This document shows, in pieces, positions 17,134 through 30,510 of a stretch of 64,000 nucleotides of DNA. Made by a program: the position numbers and the translations under genes. Source of the DNA: the human T2T-CHM13v2.0 reference genome, Homo sapiens; the NCBI RefSeq assembly GCF_009914755.1, contig NC_060941.1. One strand, 5' to 3'. Numbering within the stretch: position 1 is the first letter of the stretch; every line of letters begins with the position of its first letter. The notes beneath the pieces were generated by a model. That model was not told the origin of the DNA, made no database searches, and saw only the letters and a list, made by a program, of their open reading frames with translations.

Positions 17134-17688
17134 TGTGTTAGTCAGAGTTTGAGTGGAAGCAGAATAATTATGAGAATTATGGTATAAGACATTTATTATT
17201 GGAGATAGACCTTATATACTTGAGAGAGGACCTGGATAATTAAAAGTCTGAAAAAAAAAGTTAAGATCAGAATGACACATCAGTAACCAGCCCAGGGGTG
17301 GATGAATGAGTTGGAGCTTGCAGGGAAATCTGGATGGTAGGCATGTCTGGAAAGGGAATGCCAATGGAAGACTGGTGGTTCTTCAAGGCTATTAATTCTG
17401 TGAGTTTGGAGCAAGGCATCTGGTAATGGGCCTGGGGTGCTATTAGTCAACATGACCAGCAGTTGGGAAGAAAAACTGGATACAGAGTGAGAAAGAGCCT
17501 GGGCTAACTAGAATCTTCTGGGACCTTTGTATCTCTCACCATCTCTGACTTCACAGAATGGTGGCTGCTGCTTCTGTCTCATAAAGCTTAATTTTTAGCA
17601 AACTCCTATCCAGAATTATATAGAAAAGAAAAGTTTGGGAAATGTAGTTCTCAGCATAACCATGTTGATAAGAGAACAATCTAGTACA
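17134..17688 (-). mobile_element. 3' LTR of the ERVL provirus, LTR41-like
   Basis: Reverse strand starts tgtactagattgttctcttatcaacatggttatgctgagaactacatttccc and ends ...ctgactaacaca. Homologous to 22607-23679. Confidence 0.8.
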
Positions 17689-19999
17689 GTGGATAGGCAT
17701 ACATACACACCTCATCAAATAGGCATACATACACACTTTTTAACCTATATTTAACTTTCATGTAAAGACAATAACAAAATGAGGATTCTGTCTAACATGA
17801 TATAGCTATTTTTTGTAAGACTTCAAGCACACTTATATTCTCCCCCAAAGAAGATACATAGAGTCTCAATTTAACCATATTTTGAGTGATATTTATTCCT
17901 CTTTTAGCTGAGTTACATTCTCCCTTGGTATCCTGTTATTTAAATAGTGAGTTATAAAGTTGACTTATGGAATGTAAAAAGAAAGGAAAAATGAAAAATG
18001 AGGGAAAACAAAAGAATCAGTTAATATCCATATACAAATATACTCACATCACAATGAGAGAAGTACTCTTCATAGCACAGTTCATTTTTCTGAAGCTGTT
18101 CACATGATCATAGGTGGCAGTTATAACTTCTTTCTTCCAACACCTGTACCATATTCCCTTTACCTTCAGCAAGCACTTCAGCTAGTCATGTTTTCTTGTC
18201 CATGAAGATGACCAAAACCTTTATTTTTACATGGAGTTCTTGTAGTTTTCCATTAAATTTGACCACAGGACATGGGACAATTAACAGATGCACCAGAGGA
18301 GCTCCTGCATTCTAGACATGATTTCCCCCCACTTCCATTGTCTAGAAGCAATGTAATTTCTTTTTGATAGTTGGGATCAGTCACCTCAACACTACAGCAG
18401 CCCTATCTTTGCTCATTGTTTTGCTGGCTCAGGGAGACCAAAATTACCAGGCAGCCTTAATGACATAATTACTATGCCACCTGCTGGAAGTCTCCTACTT
18501 CCATTAGGAATTAAGACTTGAAAACCTGCAGAACCCATGAAGTTATGAATTTGGGGAAACATTTTGCTAGGTGATCATTAGGAGCACTAGGGTTTAGCTA
18601 CTCTCATTTCCACCTACCGAATCCCTCATCTGTAAATACCGGCTAAGGAAAAATAGGACCATATGGTTGCAAAGGAAAATAGCATCATGGTCACAGATAA
18701 AGAGTATTTACAACATCTTGAAGGTGATCAACCCAGCCCTGCAAGGTGTTAACTAGCACACTAAGTCTTCAAAACCCCATTCTAAAATTTGACTGTTTCA
18801 GGGCTAGGGAAATTTACACCAGTAAATTTCATAAATACAAGGCACTTTGTTTCCCAAAAATGAGTTTCTTGGTTCACAAGCAATGTTATGTGATATCATC
18901 CATAAAATGGACCAGTGTAAGGAAAGGAGAGGCAATGTTCGATGCTGTAGACAAGATTATGCTGTAGGGATTACGAGTTTATATAACCCTGAGCTAGTGC
19001 AGTGAACAAGGCTGACCTTGCCAACTGAAAGGAAATTAATTTTAGTGGTCAATGCTATTAAATTTTAAGTATCATTCACCAGAACAATAGCTGGGTACCA
19101 GGTACTGGGAATATGTTTACCTACTCGAATAGCTGCAATTGTGTCTATCACCAAGTTAAGTTTACAGTAATTCTCTGTTAATTTTTAAAAATCCATCTGT
19201 CTTCTGCACAGGTCAGATAGGCAAGTGGAATTGACATGTTGTCTGGATTACCACTCCATTTTATATCACCTTTACAGTGGCAATGATATTTCTAATTTCT
19301 CCAAGAGTATGATTGCATTGGTTTACTATTTTGGTAAACAGAGTCCATTCTAATGGCTTCTGTGTGACTTTTCCTATAATAATAGACTTCACCTTATATG
19401 TCTGGAAACCAGTGTGGAGACTGCCAGTTTCTGAGCTACCAACTTTTCACTATGGAATAGAGAAGATAAACATAGGTTGGGGGTGGAGATCCATAGCACT
19501 GATTGTGAAATAGACATAGGTCAAAACTTCATAACCATATGACCCCCATATGCCCCTACTCTGACTGATAGAGCACACACAGTGATATTTTTGGTCTTCA
19601 GAAATAACTGTCATTTCAGAGCTAATGTCTAATAATTCCTGAAACGTCTGGATATTCCCTCTTCTATTCAAATCATCCTGACAAATGGTTAATCATCATA
19701 CTAAGGAAGACTAGGAGAAAGATTTGAAGTATAAATTTTGGCAGTGTAGTAGGATTCTTTCTTAAGGGGCCCTGGCTTCCTGTTCATTCAACTAAGTCTG
19801 GATCAGCAAACTGGCTCAAGTTTGGGAACCAGTTGGGGCTGCAAATCTATTTTGACAAGGAAAGACACATTTCTCTTTGACCTAGAGCTTTTCTCACTGA
19901 TAAAAGCTAGATTCTGATTTGCTGCCGTTTTACTTTAGTCCCAAGGATAACATAATCAATTAGCCAAGACCAAAGATCTCAGTGGTTTCAATTATTATG

Positions 20000-20518
20000 A
20001 AAAACACTGCTTTGTCTCTGATCATTATAGAAGGAACTATTCTGCAGAATTCCGCTTCTTAAATAGTTTTGTGTTTGTGTTCTCTAGAAATATTTTGCAT
20101 GAAATTTGGAAGGCAGACTAGAGGGAGCAGCCATAGTAGTGTATGTTTAGAAGGCCAGTCTTGGGGCACCATGTGCTGTAGCAGCTCATGCACGCTCTTG
20201 CTGACCTTTCAATTCATGTTCATGATAGTTCCTCCAGTTCAGGCTTGAGCTCCTCCTTTTCATCTCTGATATGTGGCTTTGCATGTACATCTTCTGGGGC
20301 AGCAGCTAAAAGTGATGTTCCTTCCGCTTCTTCTTGATCTTTTCCTTTAGCTTCCCTATCTTGTGGTCTAGGCCCTACAAGAGATGCAGAAGCAACAACT
20401 AAACCTAAACTAATTCAGTAGCTTCTCTAAGCACATAAGGTCAAGATCCTATAAGAAATCTCAGATTCTATATTGTACCTAGTGGTTCTATTTTTGTGAT
20501 GGAACTTTAACCGATATA
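20000..20518 (+). mobile_element. Solo LTR52-like ERVL LTR inserted antisense in the provirus
   Basis: gaaatttggaaggcaga...ggggcaccatgtgctgtagcagctcatgcacg...agtggttcta...ccgatata resembles LTR52. Confidence 0.65.
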
Positions 20519-21949
20519 TTCACATTATTTCTAGTACAGAAGTGCTTATACTTTACTTCTGCCATTGTAAAATCACATCATTCCTTCTGAATTTGGAGAG
20601 TCCAGATCAATGTCAGCAGCCCCTAGTATCATTCCCGCCCTGCAGAGAATAGTCACCAAAGAGCTGTTCAAGTGTGTGTGGGGGCTCTCTTTCTAATGTG
20701 TTTCTCAAAGCCCTGGTGAAGGGAGAGTCCCAAGACTCTCCTGGACAGCAGAGTTAGGAGAGTTAGGGTATAGTTCAGTGAGAGTTACATAATGAATTTA
20801 TGTGCATAATTCTGATATTTCTAAGACTTGGATACCTTTCTTTACATATAAAAAAGTCAGTCCCAGCATTTCAACAATATTCATTGTAGGCTATGTCTGG
20901 ATCTAAGTTTTAGTTCACCTTTCAGGCATACTATTACTGCTACTCTAGGCCATTCAAGCAAGCACACTAAATCTGGAGATTTTGCTACATGCACTTATAT
21001 CAATGCATTTAGCTTGATTCAAACAATTATTCATTCTACCCTGATCCAGCATGCTTAGGATTCATTTCCATAGTATTTGATAGTTTTTAATTCAATATAA
21101 ACTGGGAGAAACTTGCATTTATTTAGGTGTGTCTGAAACATTCTCATGGGTCATGTTTTGCATTTTACCCCATGCTTCCTGCCAGGACTTTAATCCAGTT
21201 ATAAATTTGGAAGCAGTGAATGGTGGGAGTGGGTCCTACACGGGATCGGCAGTCCCTTGTAGGTAACTATCTCAGGGGAATCTAATGCATATTCTTTAGC
21301 TATCAGGAGACTAATCTACTCAGACAAGGGGGCAAAGTCTGCTTCTACTGGAAAAGAAGGCTCTGCAGAGTGTTCATGGTGTGATGTTTTCAGCTTCATT
21401 AGAATGTACCCATTAAAGGTCTTCATCAAAAGTCTCAAGATCTTTTCCTTCCCCAGTCAACGGCTCAATCCCCTATCATAAGAAGCCGTATGAGGTTATA
21501 GATTCAATCTGAATTGTACTTTAGCCACACACAGGATTAGACTTCTGGTCTGATTTTCAAAAATCTTGTCCCAGTGGTTACAGGAGATTTCTTTTTAGGA
21601 TAAGCATACAAGCTTTATGATTTTTTTGTACTGGACCTTTCAATGAGAATTTAAAGCCAAAGATCATCAGTTTCTTTCTCTAAGTTCTCTTATAAACTTA
21701 CAATTGACCAACTAATGTCAAAATGCCTTTTTTAACTAAAAATTTTTATAGCAGCAACCATTTGGTCACCCAAAAAATTGCCTTATATGGATGCCTGCAT
21801 ACAGATGTCCATGGATGTATAAATAGTTTTGTCACTGAATGCCTTGGACCAGTAATATGCTCTTTAACAGTAGTGACAAGGTCACTAACGTTCTTAAGTC
21901 TAATTAGGTCATAAAACCAATTCTAGATTCCCATTCTAAAGATTCTGTT

Positions 21950-22565
21950 CCCTCTCTATGTCCATATGTTCTCATCATTTAGCTCCCACTTATAAGTGGG
22001 AACATGTGGTATATGGTTTTTTATTCCTGTTTTGTTGGCTAAGGATGATGGCCTCCAGCTCCATTCATGTCCCTGAAAAGGACATGATTTCATTCTTTTT
22101 TATGGCTAGATAGTATTTCATGATGAATATGTACCATGTTTTCTTTATCCAATCTCTTATTAATGGGTATTTAAGTTGATTCCATGTCTTTGCTGTTGTG
22201 AGTAGTGTTGCAGTTAACATATGAATACATGGGTCTTTATAATAGAGTGATTTATATTTCTTTTTTTTATTTTATTATTATTATACTTTAAGTTTTAGGG
22301 TACATGTGCACAATGTGCAGGTTAGTTACATATGTATACATGTGCCATATTTCTTTGGGTATATACCCAGTAATGGGATTGCTGGTGAAGGGTGGGAGGA
22401 GGGAGGAGAAGAGCAGGAAAAATAACTCATGAGTACTAGGCTCAATACCTGGGTGATAAAATAATCTGTACAACAAACCCCCATGACACAAGTTTACCTA
22501 TGTAACATACCTGAACATGTACTCTTGAAGTTAAAATAAAAGTTTTAAAAAATGAAAATATAATA
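21950..22565 (+). mobile_element. L1PA13-16-like insertion with 5' inversion (inverted 21950-~22387, sense ~22388-22565)
   Basis: 12-bp TSD aaagattctgtt at 21938-21949 and 22566-22577. Antisense L1 3' region followed by the sense 3' terminus and A-rich tail. Confidence 0.9.
22264..22346 (-). mobile_element. ~85-bp young L1PA2/3-like 3' end nested in the older L1
   Basis: ttatactttaagttttagggtacatgtgcacaatgtgcaggttagttacatatgtatacatgtgcc. TSD atatttcttt at 22254-22263 and 22347-22356. Confidence 0.9.
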
Positions 22566-22606
22566 AAAGATTCTGTTGTCCTAGTACCACTTCTGGTACC
22601 AATAAC

Positions 22607-23679
22607 TGTATCAGTCAAGGTTCATTCATGGAAGCCGGAGCATGATGACTATTATAAAATGAGAAGTTTATTCAAGTAATTAGACATTAAACAATTGTGG
22701 AAGGAGCTGGAAAGCTGGAACTTTCGGGGAAATGTTGAAGCTGGCATATCTGATTGTTAGAGTAAGATCTTTAAGACAGACTGGTAAAGAAGTTTGTAAA
22801 TGTTATTTGTTCTTCCCGGCTACTGCCTCTATGAATTTGCAACAAGGCATCTGATAGTGGGCCTGAGATTTCTTTTAGTGAGCAGATATATTCATTTTCC
22901 ATTTTGACATTACCATTTACCTTAAATTTAGCAGTTTAAAACAGCACATATTATCTCATAGTTTCCATGGGTCAGGGGTCTGTGCACATGTTAGCCCACT
23001 CCTCTCCTTAGGGTAATAAAAGGCTATGATCAAGGTGTCAGCCAGGCCCAGGGGTGTCTTCTGAGGCTTGTGGTCTTTTTTAAGTTCATGTAATTCTTGG
23101 CAGAATTGATTTCATTGTCCTTGTAGAACTAATGGAGACTGTGTCTCCAGGGCCAGTAAGAAGTGAACCTCTTGACACTGCCTTTTAAATGCTCCTATGA
23201 TTATGTCAGACTCACTTCAGAGAAGCTTCCTTTTGATTAATTCAAAGTCAACTGATTAGGAGCCTAAAGGTGGGAGTGATATTCTATCATATTCACAGCT
23301 TCCACCCACACTCAAGAGGAGTGCATTTTTCAAGAAGAGTATACCTTGCAGCAAAAACCTTGAATCTGTCTTAGAATTATGCTTACCACTGTAGAAATAG
23401 CAGTTGAGACGAGAGCTTGATGTGTAGTAGAGAAGAACCTAGCCAAACTGAAATCTGCCAACACGCTGTGTCTTTCTCTCATTACTTTTAAACAACGATA
23501 CACTTCAGAGCATAATAATGAGTGTAATAATGACTGTCGCTTTACTTTTTCCTCCCAGAAATCACTCCTCCCAGAAATCATTCAACTCTGTCTGTCCCTA
23601 AGCCAGAACCTTACAGGGAAGGGTTCTGGGAAATGCAGTTCGCAGTGTAACCAAGTTGTCAACAGAACAACGAAGCATT
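22607..23679 (-). mobile_element. 5' LTR of the ERVL provirus, LTR41-like, interrupted by MLT1E
   Basis: tgtatcagtcaaggttc...ttctgggaaatgcagttc...ccaagttgtcaacagaacaa is homologous to 17134-17688. Provirus TSD gccag (17129-17133) / gtcag (23680-23684). Confidence 0.8.
22887..23390 (-). mobile_element. MLT1E-like solo LTR (MaLR)
   Basis: caaggtgtcagccagg, tcaaagtcaactgattagg, and the end cttagaattatgcttaccac. TSD gcaga/gtaga. Confidence 0.8.
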
Positions 23680-24304
23680 GTCAGGGTGGAGAAAATTTAT
23701 TAAATTGTGCTGAGCAGGAACACTTACTTCCCAAAGAATCTGTTGTATGTAATAAAATATTATTATTGTTTTTATATGAGGAGGTTTCCTTCCTGTACTG
23801 TTCATAGAGCCAACCCACATGAACTAGCTCTTAGTGAAATGAAACCAGCCATTCTCTATTTGTTTCAGGTATAAAGAATGATGTTTTCCACTCTCACTTT
23901 TATGATACAGCTAGAGAGAAATGAATGTCTTTCTAAAATAGAACTTCAATAAAATCAGTTTTCTATTTTATGCTGTTTAAATGAACATTTGATAGCAAGA
24001 GAAGGTGACTTTATTTGTAATGTTAAATATCTGCCTTTGTCTTCATAGTATTTTTTTTTTTTAAATCTCAGGTGACTTTATTTCTGTCGTGCTTATCATG
24101 TCTAAGCAAGAGAAAGTTGCATTTATGCCATTATTTTGGAGAAAAGGGGTTTTGAGTAAATGAAGCAAGCTATAAAATCAGCACAAATTAGAAAATGCCA
24201 CAATATCCAATTACTTCCAAAGAAATTAGTCTGTATTTGGGAACAAAATAAACTAGCACTTAGAGAGAAATGTGAGAAACTGGACAAAGGGTGGAAGAAC
24301 AGAT

Positions 24305-24460
24305 GCAAGACTCATGATTTTGTCACAAATTTCCTGTGAGACTTCCTTTAAGTCGCTTCACCTCTCTGAACCTTACATTTCTCATCTGCATTGCCAGGGC
24401 TGAGGACAGTGCCTGCTACATTGTCTCTGCTCAAGACCTGTTGAATCATTCAATCACCCA
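24305..24460 (+). mobile_element. MIR fragment followed by an L2 3' end
   Basis: aagtcgcttcacctctctgaaccttacatttctcatctg (MIR core); acagtgcctgctacattg...tgttgaat (L2 end). Confidence 0.55.
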
Positions 24461-25096
24461 ATCAGCAGCTTAATAAATCTATAGAAGGCTTAGAGTTATC
24501 TTTCTGCCAGCTTTGATACTCTGTGATTCTGTTACTTCCTCACTCTGAGTTTATAGTTAGATTTTTATTGACCATGGTGATTACTTCAGGACTTGAACAA
24601 AAGGCAGGACTTCTCGATGGAGCTGTCAGCTCAATGCTACTTCATCCCCTAGAATGCCTTACATCTTGACAGCTCATGTAGACTGTCAATCTGCAGATAC
24701 CAGATCAATTCTAAGCCTGTGGGGTAAATGACAATTTGAGTAAGCTCCCACTGCTTGCTTTTTCTACTCCTATCTGAGGTAGTTACACAAAGTATAATCA
24801 TAAAACCACGTCATCTCTGTCTCTTATAGATTGATCTCACCTAGGTCCTCTTAGCTGATTGTCATGCTATTCTCTTGTGAGTCTACTCATCTTCCTTACA
24901 GCAGCTCTTCCAGATATTCTACTCCAATGTCTATGCCTATCCACCACTCACATGCTATTAAAATGACCTGCCCTTTTCTCTTGTACACTAAAATAAAATC
25001 CTAAGTCCCCCACTGACTTGGCCAAAGGGACCCCAGAAAAATCTTGAAACTGAGTTACTGGCCATGATGGGAAGGGAGATCAGATATGCCTCATTA

Positions 25097-25550
<454 letters not shown>

Positions 25551-25768
25551 TCATGCACCCCTATAGTTAAATAACGTGTTCTGATTTCCATAAGGTTTTT
25601 CTTTTTCTCTGGTAGCTAAACAAGCACTGGCCTTGAAATAAGCAGTCTTAAAACAATTACAACTCTAGCTCACAGACGCTAACTGAACCTGTTTTACCAG
25701 CCATAACTGTAGCTGTTATTGGACAAGAGACTGATTTCAGTGACTTCCTTCCAGATAAGAAGACTAGA

Positions 25769-26108
<340 letters not shown>

Positions 26109-26559
26109 TTATAGAGGTCATGCACTTGTGTGCTTCCTTGTCCTGAAAAGACCTTTGGACATATAAGGCCTAATTGTAATACATTTAAATGTTAAGTCTC
26201 CACCCAAAGTAAACATAGGCCATATGTTACATGCATGCTTGTTTTATATGCATGTGTTAGGACCACCTTAATGAATATTTATAGCTCCTCCTATAACCTG
26301 TTGAATATGTATGTTTAGCCAACCCACTTAACATAAAGTTCCTACCCCATCCCCTCCTACTTCAAAGTACCTGTCTCTGGTCTTGGCCAGAGACATACTT
26401 TCAAGTCTGCAGGATAGTCACCTTGCAGGCAGTAATGCCTTATAAGAAATGAAGTCTTCTTCTCCTTTAAAAATATATAGATTTTTTTAAGTTAGTACAC
26501 TTCATCTCTTACTTCTTTTCCTCATCATCCTGATTAAATTCACCCTCATATCTCACAAA

Positions 26560-26910
26560 AAAATGGCTTACTCCCTCCTACTTTTCCTTTCTGCTTATCT
26601 CCATTGCTTTCTCAGCTTCAAATATCACATTGATACAATGATCTCCAAATCTGAGTCCCACATACAGACTTACTTCCTAGTTTTGAACCCCACATTCCTA
26701 GGTATCTTCTAGATATTTGTCCTGAAGATTCTGCCATGTCCTCAAAATCAATATGCTTTAAACTGAAATAATCAGTTTTTCTCTTGTTCTTCCACTCATG
26801 CAAGTGAATGATTATGCTTCCCATTACTCAGGATTGAAAATTTGGTATTCGTCATGATTCCCCCTTTTCCCTGTTCTTTCATTTCAAAATTTTGTCAAGC
26901 TCTGTTACTT
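26560..26910 (+). mobile_element. L2 fragment
   Basis: cttcaaatatcac...atgatctccaaatct...ctcaaaatcaatatgctttaaactgaa. Confidence 0.6.
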
Positions 26911-27499
26911 CTGGTTTAATTCAAGCTGGTTCAGTGGCAAGGCACTCTGGGACCACCATATTGTTGAATATGGAAGAGGAGAGGAAGGTGTAACAGTAGA
27001 AACTGTATTGGAGTATCTGCCCAGCTGTAGAGGGCTGGCTTCATTGGAAGGGGTCCTATGGATACTATGGCCCTTTATGAGTTACTACTATTGGATGTGG
27101 TGGACTCAGGCATATTGAGACCAATGTTAATATCCAGATTCTCTAACCAGAAGGCAGGAGAACTGAAAAGGCATAAACCATATTTGAAATCAAGTGTGTG
27201 GCAGTAGGAGTACAATTCCAGAACTCCATTTTTGAGGGACTGGTGTAGCTACTTAGAGCCCAGGGCTCCACTGACACAGGTTTACCTTGTTAATCCTCCT
27301 AAAGCACACTTCCATCATTTCATTTGCCTGGTCAAAAATTATCAGAGGCACCACAGTTTTGACTAAATTGTATGCAAACCATTTTGAAGCTTTCAAAGTT
27401 CTCATTATGCCAGTACCAACATCCCCTTTCTGGTTAGCTGTTCGTGCTTTGTAAATCGAAACTTGGGTTATGATCTCAAACCTACTTCAGCAAATAGAT

Positions 27500-27785
27500 G
27501 CAATAAGAAAAATAAAGAAAGTTTAGGTGATAGAGAATGAGATGGGTTGGAGTGTGTAGTCAGGGAAGGCAACTCTGATAAGGTATCATTTAACAGGAAA
27601 CTTGAAAGAAGCAAAGAGCAAGTCACCAAGATATCTAACAGAAATGCTATTAACGGCAGAGGCAATACCAATGCAAATGCTCCCAGGCAGAAGCATGCTT
27701 GGGGTGCTCCAGGGTCACTGGGGAGGCCAAACAGGCTGAAGTGCAGTGCATAAGGAAAAGCAGGACAAGGTTACGTAGGGCCTTT
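27500..27785 (-). mobile_element. L2 fragment; resumes at ~32570-32720 after the L1M insertion
   Basis: gtcagggaaggcaactctgataaggtatcattt...aggcagaagcatgcttgg. Confidence 0.7.
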
Positions 27786-27789
27786 CGTG

Positions 27790-28097
27790 TGTGGTAGCCA
27801 AAAGCCCGTTATTTGCAACAGTCCTGGTTTATGTCTATTTTCCAAACAAATTAATAGCACCTTTTTATCCTGGTGTAGTGACACATGCCTGTAATCCCAG
27901 CTACTCTGGAGGCTGAGGCCAAAAGACCCCTTGAGCCCGGGAGGTCATTACTGCAGTGAGCAATGATCAAACCTCTGCATTCCAGCTTGGTTGACAGAAT
28001 AAGACCCTGCCTTATAAGATAATAATAACAATAATAATAGTCTCTTTTTCATGCCCCAATGTATCCTGGTTTGTGTAATAAATTATTTGGCCTATTA
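27790..28097 (-). mobile_element. MER81-like hAT-Blackjack MITE split by an Alu monomer
   Basis: Reverse strand ataatttattacacaaaccaggatac...aaaaggtgctattaat...ataaaccaggactgt. Confidence 0.55.
27868..28035 (+). mobile_element. Alu monomer (FRAM/AluJ right arm) with (TAA)n tail
   Basis: gcctgtaatcccagctactc...gcagtgagcaatgatc...cattccagc. Degenerate TSD taatagcaccttttt / taatagtctcttttt. Confidence 0.85.
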
Positions 28098-29027
28098 GAG
28101 GCCACCAGATAATTCACCAGACAGTTTCTCTAGGTCTAATTATTACAGGATGAGAGGGTTTTTAATTACAATCTCAATTGCTTTAATAAATATAAGATTG
28201 TTTATATTTTCTATTTCTCAATTTTTCAGTAATACAAAATTTTGTTTCTCTAGTTTATCTAAATTGTTAACTTCATTGGTGTAAAGTGGTGTCCATAAAA
28301 TCTACATGATACCTTCTTTTCCATTCTTGATTTAATAATTTCTGTTTTATTTTTTTCATTAGTTTTGGCAGGAGATTTTCACATTTATTCATCCATTCAT
28401 AGCAACAGCTTTTAACTTTGTTGATTTTCTTTATTCAACATTTTTTTCTTACATTATTTCTGTTATTCTTACTTTCCTCTACTTTGTATGGGTTATATTT
28501 TCTCAGAGTTTTTTCTTAACTTCTGGATAGTTAAGTCACCAATTTTCATTTTTTCTAAGATATGCATTTAAGTTTTGACATTTTCTTCTATAGGCACTCT
28601 AAATTTCATCCTGCAAATGTTGTATGGTGTATTTTCACTATCATTTAGTTTAAAGCACTTTCAAAATTACATTGTGATATTTTCTTTGACCTTGGAGTTA
28701 TTTAGACATGCATTGCTCAAGTTACTAAAACTTGAATACTTTCTAGTTATTTTTCATTTTAGCTTAATTTTGATGTGATCAGAACATATAGTTTTAATAA
28801 TTTCAATACTTTAAATTTCTTTGACGTTTACTTTTTGACTTATTATATGTTAATTTTGATAAATACTCCATGTATGCTTGAAGATAATGTATCCTCTTAT
28901 TGTGGGGTACACTCTTGTACAAACGTCAATTAAGTCAATTTTGTTATTTGTATTTTCTATGTCTTTCAAATATTGTTATTCTTTTATCCAGGTCTCCTAT
29001 CAGTTACTGACAAAAGCCTGTAAACTC

Positions 29028-29420
29028 TGTCTTCAGTTAGATTCCCTAGATCCCAAGTCTGAGATGGGGATTCTTGGGAAGGTGATGTGTTGAGAATGAG
29101 GGAAGTGGTGTATGGTAAGTGCAAGAAGCCAAGCAAGGGCGTGATATAAGCAGGAGACTGCCTTCTGCCTGATCCCATGAGGAGATCAAGAGCATGAATT
29201 GCAACACAAAGTAGGCACTACTTTGAGGCAAAACACCAGCCCACTGGGTGTGGGCTGCTGCAGGGGTTGGGAGTCTAGTTTCCCAGGTAACTAACCATCC
29301 TTTGGGCTAACGACACTCTATAGAAGGGGCACATAGAACAGCCAGCATGCATAGTAGCTAGAGAATGCGTTTAACAACCTGGTAAAGAGAGTCTGGGTGG
29401 TTCATCAATAAACCCCAATA
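29028..29420 (-). mobile_element. LTR16A-like ERVL solo LTR
   Basis: ctgagatggggattcttg...gcctgatcccatgaggagatcaagagcatgaattgca...ttgaggcaa. Confidence 0.7.
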
Positions 29421-29797
29421 AATCTAGGGGCCCTCTCTGGTTATGGACTTGCCTGTATCTCCTTTTAGTGAACTCAATGTTTATATTATATTTTTTGAAA
29501 GCATGTTATTAGTACATACAAATGTAGAATTGTTCTATTTTCCAAATAATTATTTTATCATTAAGAAATGCCTTTGCTATGCTTTTTTTCTTAAATATAT
29601 ATTGTCTGATATATTAGTAAAGCCATTGAGGATTTATTTCTGTTAGTGACTTGATGGAATCACTTTTCCATTGTTTTACTTCCAGCCATTCTATATTGTG
29701 ACTTTTAAATTATGTTTATTATAGGCTGCATATACTTGGGTTTTACTATCTAGTCTGAAAATCTTTTTCTCTTAATTGAAATAAGTGTGTACTTAAA

Positions 29798-30510
29798 TAT
29801 TTTATTGAGTGAGATTCACAACATAAAATTTACCATTTTAAAGTGTACAATTAAATGCATTTAATACATTCACAAAGTTGTACAGCTGTCACTACAATTT
29901 AGTCTCCATTTTCGTCACCCTCAGAGAAAACCCCATAAGCATTAAGCACTTGTTCCCCATTTTTCTATCCCCAGAAACACTGGCAACCACGAAATCTTCT
30001 TTATATATTTATGAATTTATCAATTCTGGATATTTTATATAAATGAAATAATACATGACCTTTTGTCTCGGACATTTTTGCTTCACATCACATTATCAAG
30101 ATTCATCTATAATGTGGCATGTGTCAGTACTCCATTCCTTTTTATGTCTTAATAATATTCCACTGTATAGATATACCACAGTATCCACTCATTAGCTGAT
30201 AGACATTTGTATTGTTTTGGCTGTTGTGAATTGGGTTGCCTTTTGGCCGTTCTGAGTAGTGCTGCTATGAACATTGATGTACAAGTATTTGTTTGAATAC
30301 CTGTTTTCAATTATTTGGTGTGTATACCTAGGAGTGAACTTGCTGGATGATGGTAATTCTGTTTAACTTTTTGAGGAACTGCCAAACAGTTTTTCTACAA
30401 CAGCTGCACGGTTTTACATTCTCACCAGTAGTGTATGAGTATTCCAGTTTTTTCACATTCTCACCCCCCACTATTATTTTCCACTTTTTTTTGGTCATTG
30501 CCACTTGGTG
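29798..30510 (-). mobile_element. L1MB-like 3' end nested in the older L1
   Basis: ttttattgag...cataaaatttaccattttaaagtgtacaatt...gtatacctaggagtgaacttgctggat...tttttgaggaactgccaaac. Confidence 0.85.

Larger units (their letters stand above)
17689..22606 (-). mobile_element. ERVL internal region with degraded gag, pol (RT) and dUTPase
   Basis: Minus strand: PBS-like tggtaccagaagtggt next to the 5'LTR (~22585-22601). gag-like start MGI*NWFYDLIRLK at 21934. RT remnants PI*PVQKTDG, YCKLNLVIDTIAA and PSTWYPAI at ~19070-19390. dUTPase-like VEVTDPNYQKEITLLLDNGS at 18331-18390. Confidence 0.85.
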
